From the NCBI GenBank assembly GCA_048128005.1, contig JBEUKZ010000036.1, positions 248,001 to 312,000 of the forward strand: a stretch of 64,000 bases of DNA, written 5' to 3'. The notes beneath the pieces are model-generated. The model searched no databases, had not been told where the DNA came from, and saw only the letters and a program-made list of their open reading frames with translations. The position numbers were made by a program, and so were the translations under genes. The stretch's first letter is position 1. Each line of letters starts with the position of its first letter. Shown piece by piece: positions 1-11,108 of the stretch. This DNA comes from Veleropilina oligotropha. Taxonomy: Eukaryota.

Positions 1-721
1 TCATAAAATACATTTTACTTATATTTAATGCAATGTATTTTACTTAATTAATTCACTTTTATGAAATAAAATTAATTTCTGTATTTTCATAATACTCAAA
101 AGAGCTCAATTATGAGCAAATTTCTATAAAATTATAAAGTCCTATTAACACAATAATTTATTCATGAATTAACTTCGAAATGTTTGCATTCCTGTATGTT
201 GTTTGCTAGTTGGAAGATATGGCAACAAGATAATAAATACACATTATGTAACCTACATTTAAGAACGAAATTCAAAATAAGTAATTCAATATATATAAAA
301 TGATGACGACTAGAAAATCATATTAAATATTAATTTGTAATACAATTATTAATAGTTATGATTGACAATATCACAATTTGCACTATTTGATATCAGAAAT
401 AATACTAGTAACATACAATGTAACATGTAGGGTAGGCCTTATTAGGCTAATATATTACTTAAGTAGGCTATTGTCGCCTTCTCCCATGATCCGTTTACCG
501 TTACAAGCTGTACTCACCAAAATGTGTCATTCGCAAATCGTTCCTCGTCGTCGTATTTCAGTATTTCGTAAGTCCCTGATTCATGCCATGCAATCGCCGA
601 ATTTATCGTCATTGTTTGGATCATGGGTACCACGTGTAACAGCATAAAACTAGATTTAATTTACTAAAGTTGAATGAATTGACGGTGCCGATGTCATCTC
701 CGTTTAAAGAGTATTCTAAAC

Positions 722-1138
722 GTGATATACTCCCATGACACGGACATCAAGGTGATCATCTCGGGCCTAACTCCGCGATGTGATGTTGACGTCAAGCAAC
801 TTAATGCAGCTTTGAAGGACATGTGCCTCTGTTATGGCCTAATTTATGTGGAGAACTATGGATCATGTGATAACCATGAGATGTTCAATCGCGATGGCAT
901 CCACTTGAATAGGAAAGGCACCTCCCAACTGCTCAGGAACATCGACAGCCTGTGCCCTATTTTGAAATGGTCTCGAAGTTCTGGCAACAATTCGACATCT
1001 TGTCAAGAACAATGCTGCTTCTTTTGTGGTGAAGCAGGACACTCGTCGAAAGTGTGTTTTCATGGTGCTGCCGTTCAATGTTGGACTTGTGGTTTGTATG
1101 GTCACAAATCACGGATCTGTGGTCAAAGTATTCAATAA
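722..1138 (+). CDS. LINE ORF1 C-terminal part: SGNH/GDSL esterase-like domain plus two CCHC zinc knuckles (N-terminus missing)
   Basis: VIISGLTPR and DGIHLNRKG motifs; CFFCGEAGHSSKVC and CWTCGLYGHKSRIC knuckles; directly upstream of ORF2. Confidence 0.75.
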   Translation: MIYSHDTDIKVIISGLTPRCDVDVKQLNAALKDMCLCYGLIYVENYGSCDNHEMFNRDGIHLNRKGTSQLLRNIDSLCPILKWSRSSGNNSTSCQEQCCFFCGEAGHSSKVCFHGAAVQCWTCGLYGHKSRICGQSIQ

Positions 1139-1192
1139 CAGCTTGGCAAAGCAGACGAAGCCGACAAGATACAATTAAACAATAACTTTGAA

Positions 1193-4100
1193 TTGTTGCA
1201 ATCTTTATGCACTGAATGCAATACAGAGTCTTGTGTATGTGGAGACAATGATGTTGAATTTTCTTCACTCAACAAACATTTTATGTCAATATCAAACAAA
1301 GCTGTCAAAGTAAAAAGTGATGTATCAAGCACATTATATATCCCTGAGTCCCAATTATTACAAGCTAATTCAAACTATGACTTTTTATGTACATGTAATT
1401 TATTTATTCTTTTGATTTGTGTTTGCATATGCCTTCAGGATTTATTGTATATGAATATGTGCATCACAGATGAAACTCAAAACTGCTTCTCACCATTTGA
1501 CTGTGATAAAAAAGGTCTTAATATTACACACTTAAATGTATGTCATTTACTGCCTAAGTTTGACGAATTAGAATTCCAAATTACAAATCTTAATATAATG
1601 GAGCTATAATTGTATGTGTGTGTGTCTGTGTGTGTGTCTGTTTCAAGTTGAACTCCTCCCAGACGCTTTGACCTAGGACCTTCAAACTTTGGGGGGTTAA
1701 TCGGGGTCCCCCAAGGAAGGTTTACCACGAAAAAAATTCGGAAAATTCGGGAAAAAAAAAAAATATTTAAGGGAGCACTATCCAAAAAAAAAAAAAAAAA
1801 AAATTGGGGTGGGGGGACTTGCCCGGCGAAGACGGGTACCATAGCTAGTTCCTCTAATAAACCAAGTATTATAGGTTTTTCAGAAACTTTCCTGAATGAA
1901 AAGGTGTCAGATAATCAAGTAATAATTGAAAATTATAATATGATCAGAAAGGATAGAGTTGGTAAATTAGGAGGTGGTCTCATTGTTTATCTCCTTGACA
2001 CTATTCAGTATCTGAGACGAAGTGATTTAGAAGATTTTGAAACTGAGACTGTTTGGATAGAAATTGCCACATTTAAATGTAAACCTTTCCTTTTATGTTT
2101 CTGTTATCGACCGCCAAGGGCAACCAACAGCTGGATTGATAACTTTGAAATCCAGATTTCAAAAACATTGTCTGAAGAGAAAGAAGTTTTGATTCTTGGT
2201 GATTTCAATATAAACTATGGTGATTCACTCTCTATCCCATGCAAATGGAAGGATCTTATCCAATCACATAATTTACATCAAATGATAAAATGTCCAACTC
2301 GAGTTACAGATTCTACTACTTCTACCATAGATCACATTTACACAACACATCCTGAACATATCATTGATGTCAGAGTTCCAATCTATGGTATAAGTGATCA
2401 TTATCCGACTTCCATAACAAAATATAATTTTCAGACTGAAAAGAAAAATCAACATTTTGAAATCACTTATAGAAATTTTAAAAAGTTTAACGAATCCGAA
2501 TTTTTAAATGACCTGATGTCTGCACCCTTTCATGAAGTTGAATATTACGATGATCCTGATTATTGTTTAGATTTGTGGTACAATATATTATTATCTGTCC
2601 TAAACAAACATGCTCCGGTGAAATGTATCCGTGTTAAACACTCAAGAAAGCCGGAATGGTATAATGATGATATCAAAGAGGCATGTAGGTTAAGAGATAA
2701 GTACAAACGAAAACATGATCACTCCAATTACAAAATTTGGAGAAATCAAGTAAAGAAACGCATAGAAATGTCCAAGAAAAAATTAGTAGAAGCATCGGTT
2801 GCAGATGCACAAAATGTAAAAAACATGTGGAAGGTATTTAATGACATATCAAGAGTGAAAAATGGTAAAATCACTCATCCATCATCTATTGATATTGATG
2901 GACATATAAGCAGCAACCTTGACGATATTGCATCTACATTCAGTACATATTTTAAAGATATCGCTCACACATTGAAGGCCAACACTGGATGTTCCTTGGA
3001 CCTTTCAGATCTTAAAAACTACCTGGAATCAAAAATTGCAAATATTGAACAATTCCAAATAAAATACATTACGTGTGCACAAGTACATGCATCTCTACAA
3101 TCCCTTAATGTTAACAAATCAACAGGATTAGATGGTGTTGGACCTAACATACTTAAAATGTGTGCTCCCATTGTTTCACTGTCCCTTACATACATTTTTA
3201 ATTTAAGCATTACTAAAAGCAAGTTTCCAAAGAAATTAAAAGATGCAAAAATGGTACCAATTCATAAGAAAGGAAACAAGACAAAAATTGAAAATTATCG
3301 CCCAATATCCATTTTGCCCACTATTTCAAAATTGTTAGAAAGACATGTTGGAAATCAACTTCAAACACACTTAAATACAAATGATCTCCTTCATCATGCT
3401 CAATCTGGATTTCGACAAAAACACTCATGTCAAACAGCACTTATAAAATTAACTGACCAATGGCTGTCAGAAATGGATAAAGGAAATGTCATTGGAACCA
3501 TATTAGTTGACTTACAAAAAGCTTTTGATCTGGTTGATCATAATCTTCTTATTGATAAACTATCTTGCTATAAAGTCAGTGCCTCGTCCATAAAATGGAT
3601 GAAATCTTATCTTGACAACCGAAGTCAAACAGTATGCATTGGTAATTCCCAATCTCTCTCAACAAACGTAGAATATGGTGTCCCACAAGGTTCCATCTTG
3701 GGACCATTATTATTTCTTGTTTTTATCAATGACTTGCCTTTGAGCATCAAATCATGCAGTACTGATTTATATGCAGATGACACTACAATTCACTCCTCTG
3801 ATAGATGTCCTGATAAAATTATTGCAAATCTAACGGAAGATATTAAAAATATTGACAAATGGTGCTATAACAACGGTATGCTTATAAATATGGCAAAAAC
3901 TAAAGCAATGATAATAGGCACCAGACAAAGACTTAATACTCTTTCGGATATTAATATTGTGTTTAAAGATAGTACAATTGAAAACTCAAAATCAGAAAAA
4001 CTTCTCGGTGTTTTCATTGATGAAAATTTAAATTGGACTTGTCAAATTGATTATATATGCTCTTTGATATCATCACGACTATATCTATTAAGAAGGATAA

Positions 4101-4605
4101 AAAGGTTACTCTTTCACTCCATTTAAGAAAGTTATTTTATAACTGTTATATTCAAACTGTGATGGATTATTGCTGTACAGTTTGGGGTAATTGTTCCAGA
4201 GCAAATATAAATCGTGTAGAAAGGCTTCAAAAACAGGCTGCCAGGATAATTTTGGATGCTGAATATGATGCACCAAGTAAGCAACTATTCAAAACATTGG
4301 GCTGGTTAAATTTCAATGACATACTTCAGCTCAGTAAAGGAATCTTTATGTACAAATGCTTCAATGATCTTACACCATTATACCTTCAGAACTTTAATTA
4401 TAATAATCAAATTTATAACAGGGACCTAAGATCAGTAACAAATAACAATTTATACTTACCAAAACCTAGAACTGAATCTTTAAAACGGACTTTTAACTAC
4501 ACTGGCTCACAGCTCTGGAACAAACTGCCTCAAACTGTTAAGCATGCTTCATCAACTGATGACTTTAAGCGTAAAATGATATGCTATCTCGAGAATCAGC
4601 ATTGA
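1193..4605 (+). pseudogene. LINE ORF2 (apurinic endonuclease + reverse transcriptase), disrupted by a 261-bp insertion and a frameshift near 4110
   Basis: GLNITHLNV, IIGFSET, YRPP, LGDFN, TIDHIY, SDH (APE); NYRPISILP, QSGFR, DLQKAFD, GVPQGSILGP, YADD, LGV (RT); C-terminus continues in the 4057..4605 frame. Confidence 0.92.
1588..1848 (+). mobile_element. Short non-autonomous Helitron-like element inserted in the LINE endonuclease
   Basis: Starts TC, ends CTAG, subterminal hairpin CCCG-GCGAAGA-CGGG (1822-1836), inserted between A and T with no duplication; removing it restores EFQITNSSNKPSIIGFSET in frame. Confidence 0.85.
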
Positions 4606-6096
4606 GTTCTATATAATAGTGATATTCTAATATGCTAGACCTGTATGCATTTCTGTTATGTTGAACTTATAATACTGGTACTGATATTTATACTGTTTTG
4701 TGTGCATATGTATATATTTAGTTAGTTTTATTTTGCATTTAGTATACATTAGTGATTGTAGAGAGGGACTCAGGGAAGATTGGTTTTGTAAAACTAACTG
4801 TTTCTCCCTCTTAAAATAAAGTTTACTACTACTACTACTACTAAACAACGGCCATTTTTCTGCTTTCGACTGTTGTGTACAACTGACGTCACAGCGGCAT
4901 ATTGTAACGAGTTGTAGCTATTTTCGTTTCGTATTTAAATAAATAATATGGAACACCATATGTCCCAACTACATAATAATTATGCTAATTCATGTTAACG
5001 TCGATTACGGAATCAAAAACATGTTATATGTCATTATCATTTATGACTCATATCAACATTTCCTGCATTTGAACTCTTGCCGAATTTACAAATGTCATTT
5101 TGGAATTTATGACTTTTTATTAATTATATCTTATTGCTCTGAGGGCGGTATAAAACCACCACCAACTGCCAGATTGGCAAAATTATAGTGTCTATTTGTT
5201 GTTGATAATCATATTTTTGTAAATGGAAAATTTGAAGATGATATGACTACAAAAACTATACGTTGTCAAAGAGTTTATATCAAGGATATTACGACACGAT
5301 ACAAAAAAACGTTAAACAATTATAAACGTAATTTTCTCTTTAATTAGCATAATTACGTCACCCTAATTGCCAAATAGTTGTCCCCTTACAAAATTGATAA
5401 CTTTCGTAATTTTTGTCGGATCAGAATACTAGTAATTTAAACACCAGAATACTCTGTATGTTCATAGCTATTGAGATATGTGAAAATCTCAATTTTGAAA
5501 AAATGCGACATGCGCCTCAGTTTGTGATGGAGGGTCACATATATATGTATGTACTTATGTAATATTTGCATGTATGTATGCAGGCATGTAATTATTTTAG
5601 CTTATTATTATTTATCATATATCCACGTCATTTTACATAGAGTCAAAGCGTTTAAATAAAAACGATAATAAACATGTATTATGCCACGTGTATTAGATCT
5701 AGAGCAACCTATGACATAGTGGGTCACTAAAAGTCATTGCCGGTGTGTGCTATACTTTTTACAAAACATGGCCACTTCAAATCATTTGAACGTCGATGGC
5801 AGTGGTCAAGAGAAATGCATGCAACTGCAACTACCAACCAATATTTAGTTGAAATTTTAAGTGCAGACTTCCTGGTAAGCATCGATCTCTTGGTCTAGAT
5901 CGTTTAACTCCCGATACTTATTCTATAGCCTACAGAGTTCACTATCCGGGTAGTTTAATTGTTCTTTAGATTCCGCTCTGCAGTGTTCATGTCATTTCAC
6001 AATGGCCGCCATTTCGTTGCCGCTTCGAATTATTTTAGATGTAAATTAACATATTAATGTTGCATTTTTGTCTCGCCCCGAAGGAAAGCGAGACTA

Positions 6097-6571
6097 AAGC
6101 CAGGCGCACACGTAAGCTATCAGTTCAGCCAAATTTCATTCGTGACCATTTGCTTACAAAAAGATAGCTTCCTTGTGCGGGCAGTTTTATGCAATATTTC
6201 TGTCATTCGTCAAATGTCCAACGAATGAAAGAAATCTCTACGTGTGCGCTAAATGAAAGCTAGTTCCTTTGGACTTTTGCTTACTAGGTCGCATGCATTC
6301 CTTTATTGCTTCAACACATGACATACATTCAATGGGCCATTTTGTGTGTCATGTGATTAATTAATTAAGGAACAAAGCAAAAGTCCAAAGCAACTAGCTT
6401 TCGTTCAGTGTTTATTTCAGATTTAGGTCACTCGTGGCAGAAATTATTAAACACTTTTTGTCCACGAATGACAAATCTTGCATAACACTGCCCACACACG
6501 GAAGCTATCTGCTTAAGCTTATATGGTCACAAATAAAATTTGGCTGAGCTGATAGCTTACGTGTGCGCCTT
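6097..6571. mobile_element. MITE with long terminal inverted repeats, TA target duplication
   Basis: aggcgcacacgtaagctatcagttcagccaaattt versus aaatttggctgagctgatagcttacgtgtgcgcct; TA at 6095-6096 and 6572-6573. Confidence 0.8.
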
Positions 6572-7350
6572 TAGGGATTCCTTTTTCCGGCGTCGACATT
6601 GTTGTCGTCGTCGTGTCATCTTGGTTAAATGTTTTCATTGATTGTAAATGGGTTGTCCAAGGCACATTTTGGTTTGTTATTGGTTGCATGGATGTCACCT
6701 GACACTGGCCGTGATATTGAATAAATTTTAATATAATTAATGGAAATATAGTGGTCTTTTAGGACAGAAATTTAGGGAAATTTTTTATTAGGGTTTTCGG
6801 TTAAAGTTTTTCATCAAGCGTATATGGCTTGCTCAAGGCACTTTTTTGCATATCTATGCTTTGTTATTGGTTGTATGGATGTCACCTGATACGCTGGCAG
6901 TGATATTGAATAAATTTTAATATAATTATAGAAATTTAGGGTTATACTTTTTCATCAAGTGTATATGAATTGCTCAAGGCACTTGTTGGAATATATATGC
7001 TTTGTTATTGGTGGTATGGATGTCATCTGATACTCTAGCAGTGATATTGAATAAATTTTAATATAATTAATTGTAATATTGTGGTCTTTTGGGACATGGA
7101 AATTTAGGTGAATTTTAGGTTAAAGTTTTTCTTCAAGCTTATATGGCCCGCTCAAGGCAATTTTTGACATATATATATGCTTTGTTATTGGTTGTATGGA
7201 TGTCACCTGATACTCTGGCAGTAATGTTGACTAAATTTTAATATAATTAGTGGAAATATGGTGGTCTTTTTGGACATAGAAATTTTGGCGAAATTTAGGT
7301 TCGAGTTTTCATTTAGTATATATGCCTTGCTCAAGGCAACTTTGGGCATA

Positions 7351-8147
7351 CCGTATTCGACTTATTTAGCGCTCTGGGCGCTTACAAAATTGGCCTAGGG
7401 GGGGCGTTAATAGGATTTATTTTAATAGGTAGTCCAATACATATATTATATGAACGACAAAATTTTTTCCATTGAATTTAGATAAATCTGATAAAATAAA
7501 GATAATATGAAACACAGGTGGTATTCCAGTTATATTTATTCGTAAATATTAATGTTGTTACTTAAAAACACATCGTGACACTCACCTTGACAGCGGTATG
7601 AACCGACAATGAAAAGTGCGGGTGAGTCCACGAATCGCACGGGCCATTGACGTGTTGGCAACGCATTGTTAATTATATAATCTATCAAAATTGCTCAACG
7701 ATACATAAATGAACTAGCAATGTTATTTACAAAGAAAGAATTATTTACAACGTCGTCTATCCTGTTAACAAATTCATTGTGTCATTCGCATAGTAATCGT
7801 CGAGGCTCGCAAATGTCCCGCTTTCATTGAATCTCGACTCTCCCACACAGAAACGTGATTTCGCAATCCTACATGGTAGGGAGTATTCTTACTCGTTGGA
7901 GAGTGCAGCACAGGGGATAACCCGTGCGGGAAATCGAAAGTGAATCTTGGAATATGAATGTGCGAAGTATATTTGGGGAAGTAAACTGATTAAATTAGAG
8001 TGAAAACCGATATTAAAGCATACTGTTAGCTGTTTCCGTTATCTATGCAAGTAAAAATATTCCTCAAAGGGTTGTTTATACATGTAAAATTTTAAATATG
8101 CTAGGGGGGCGCTTATAGGAGCAGGGGCGCTAAATAGGTCGAATATG
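7351..8147. mobile_element. MITE, TA target (Tc1/mariner-like termini)
   Basis: TA-ccgtattcgacttatttagcgc ... gcgctaaataggtcgaatatg-TA; interrupts the surrounding tandem unit. Confidence 0.75.
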
Positions 8148-8329
8148 TATATATCATTTGTTATTGGTTTTATGGCTGCCAACTGATACTCGGGCAGTAA
8201 TATGAAATAAATTCTAATATATTTAATGATAATGAAAATAAAGTGATGTTTGTGGAGATAGAAATTTGGGTTATAGTTTTCGGTTTTTCAATTAGTATAT
8301 ATGGGCTACTAAAACCATATTAAAATGCA

Positions 8330-8972
8330 GACCGTCCCCGTCCGTACAAATTATTTTTTTCGGAGCATATCTCGTACACCTCTCGACATAACTTTTCAAA
8401 GCTTCCTGGGTGTATTAAGTACTCGGTGAACTGGTGCCTTTTGCTACTTTCGACGTCGTGTCGATATTATTAACAGAGTTATCTCCCTTGTTCTAAATTC
8501 GTTAATGTGATCGTTTCCTGAGAGTAGCTCATACACCGCTTGACATAACTTTACGAAACTTGTTGGATATATTAAGTAGTCGGTGAACTGGTGCCTTTTT
8601 CTCCTTTCCGAAGGGTATCGCATAAACCATTCGGCATAACTTGATGCAATTTTGTGGGTGTATTAAGCAGTTGTTGAACTGGTGCCTTTCGTTAATTTTG
8701 ACGTTGTATGTCGAATATTCACAGAGTTATTTCCCTTGCTTTAATTTTATTATTCCCGACTATATCGCATACAGTGCTTGACTTGGTGGGTGTATTCAGT
8801 AGTTGGTTAACTGGTGCATTTTCATAATTTTAACGTGGCGTCATGATTAATGACAGAGTTATTGCTGTTGTTATTATTTAAATCAACGATATTGTTTCAA
8901 GAACATACAGCATATAGCAATTATTGTGAATGTACCATTGCAGGGGATATTGATGGCTTTGTCTTCGTGTTG
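8330..8972 (+). mobile_element. Second Helentron-type non-autonomous fragment with ~110-180 bp internal repeats
   Basis: ccgtccccgtccgt head, four related units containing attaagtagtcggtgaactggtgcctttt, tail ggggatattgatggctttgtcttcgtgtt. Confidence 0.5.
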
Positions 8973-9605
8973 GAATATGTATGCTTTGTTATTGATTATA
9001 AGAATGACTCTGGCATTGATATTTAATAAAATTTCATATAATTAATGCTTAAAATTTGTGTTTTTGAACTTATAAAATTTCGGTTAATGTTTTTCAATGA
9101 TTGCATATATATGATTAGATCAAACTTTTCTTATAGATTGATATATCTAAAGAGGCAAGACATATCGGACTGTGGTACTTGTTACAAAATTATTCTTAAA
9201 ACGTGTTTATAATAATTAACATTTACAAACCCGACATATTTATCCTGATGTTTGATCAATGCACCTTGTTTCTTTATAGTTTCAGATATATGATACATAT
9301 AATATCACATTCATGGTCATTTAATACCATATATTGGTGAAACCTCAAAAAATATTAAAATTAGTTATCTCGTTTCGTAAATGTGATATTAAATGACCAC
9401 TCATGTGATATCCCCTCTGTATGTTTATGTGTGAAATGCATCTCAGTAGACCGTTATCATGTATTATAATATATTCAATCACTGATATGATATAAGGAAA
9501 ATAGTGCAAATTCATATACATTAGATTAGACTACGGTACAGTAGTACCGAAGCTAAGATTTGATATTGATTGAGAAGGTATTGTTATTGGTTTCAAGTGA
9601 TGACA

Positions 9606-10617
9606 TTGTGAAAAGATGTTTAGCTTACTTTGGAACAGGATAGTGAAGATTTGGTTGACGTTTCGACCACTCGGCTAGCAGTCTTGATCACGTAATGATC
9701 TAATTGGTCACAGGGGGCGCTCAGGTAGCAGGCTGTGGTAGATGGCGGGCAGTTGGTATCCTTGGTCACGGTTCATGGTTGGTTTTTCTTCCATCTAGAT
9801 GTCAGCGCACTGTTACACAGATCGTGTCCTATCATGCCTATTGGAGCTCTGTCTGAACACGACATACTTTATATATGATGGTTCCTTCTACCAGCAGACC
9901 CATGGTGCGGCAATGGGTTCCCCGGTGTCACCGCTTGTATGCAACCTCTACATGTATATGGCTACCTCGCCAGTTGGCTTTGCTATGTGGACGACGTGTT
10001 TGTGAAGATCCATGAATATGACGTAGAAGTGTTTTCAGCTCACATCAACAGTATCGATCCGAACATTCGTTTCACTATCAAACCAGAGATCAACACCAAA
10101 CTCCCTTTTCTCGACCAATGCATCAACATCCTTGACGATGGTGGCACTAAAATTACTGCTTACCGTAAGCCCACACATACAGATCAGTATTTAAACTGTC
10201 ATTCGCACCATCCGATGGAACGCAAACGATCGGTTGTCCACACACTATTGAGCAGAGCGGACAACTACGCCACGACGACACCTAACCGACGTAAGGAACG
10301 TGAGGAGTGCGCTCTGTGCCAATGGTTATGCCGAATGGGCCGTCAACATCCCGAACCCCAAACCATGTCCTCTACCACCAGATACTACCTGACTGGACCA
10401 AACGCAAAGTCAAGGAGGCCATCTACATCCGCCAAAGCAAACCAACCGTGATCAGGGATACCAGCTGCCCGCCATCTACCACAGCCTGCTACCTGAGCAC
10501 CCCCTGCGGCCAACAAGATCATTACGTGATCAAGACTACTAGCTGTCAATGAGTAGTCGAATCGTCGAACAACTCTTCACTATCCTGTTCCAAAGTAAAT
10601 TAAATATCTTTTCACAA
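9606..10617 (+). mobile_element. Penelope-like retroelement fragment (RT remnant + endonuclease tail) flanked by inverted pseudo-LTRs
   Basis: QQTHGAAMGSPVSP, YVDD, LPFLD, YRKPTHTDQYL..HHP and KRKVKEAIYIR across three frames; 9606-~9785 is the reverse complement of ~10439-10617. Confidence 0.85.
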
Positions 10618-10721
10618 AGATTTCATATGTTGCAAATTCTCTTCAAAAGTACATTGCTATTGTAATATTTGTGATAATCCGTTTTCAAACATATTATTTA
10701 TTTGTACTCTTCATATTTTAG

Positions 10722-10782
10722 GTCTGTGTTCAAAGTGTGCCTTGTTCCTGGAACATACGTAGTTGACCATGGAAACGAAACG
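10722..10782 (+). CDS. Putative internal exon of unidentified host gene 1 (SVFKVCLVPGTYVVDHGNET)
   Basis: Pyrimidine-rich acceptor ...catattttAG, donor GTGAGA, ends in phase 0, matching the next exon at 13710. Confidence 0.5.
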
Positions 10783-11108
10783 GTGAGATATGGGAAGCAT
10801 ATGTCTACTCTTTACAAGCCACTAACACCTGATTACATCTTGATGGATCGGCCTGCACGTAGATCTAGCCCCTCGAGTATTTACTATTAATAATCAACCG
10901 CTTTGTGATGTTCTAAGTTTTATGTGCATGTAGATTGTTAGATAATATATGCCGAACAATTGGGACCTCCTAGGTGAATTATCTCCATGTACAGCGCAAA
11001 TTTGGTGTCATATTGGCATGTTACTAATAGCAGCTTAACACACATTACTGGTTGCCACTTAAGTTCACAAATGTATCCAATCAGGCTGAAGTATTTTGCC
11101 TGAGTAAA

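Larger units (their letters stand above)
722..4843 (+). mobile_element. 5'-truncated non-LTR retrotransposon (CR1/L2 group LINE): ORF1 remnant + APE-RT ORF2 + 3' UTR with (CTA)n tail
   Basis: ORF1 esterase/CCHC motifs, ORF2 endonuclease and RT motifs, AATAAA followed by (CTA)n at ~4815-4843; possible 6-bp target duplication CTAAAC at 716-721 and 4841-4846. Confidence 0.9.
6066..9183 (+). mobile_element. Helentron-associated/MITE-like non-autonomous element with internal tandem repeats, carrying nested insertions
   Basis: T-run head with short palindrome (TCTCGC...GCGAGA), GTC microsatellite, repeated units (ttgttattggttgtatggatgtcacctgatac...) at ~6650-7350, ~8150-8310 and ~8980-9090, tail gaggcaagacatat...cttgtt. 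Confidence 0.6.

Noticed and set aside
5497..5541. Transposon-like terminus (gcgacatgcgcctcagtttgtgatggagggtcacatat)
   Set aside because: No matching partner end found in the window, so no element can be delimited
5729..5874. Possible upstream exon ending at CTG/GTAAGC
   Set aside because: Good donor but no convincing acceptor, and its open frame is not phase-compatible with the 10722 exon
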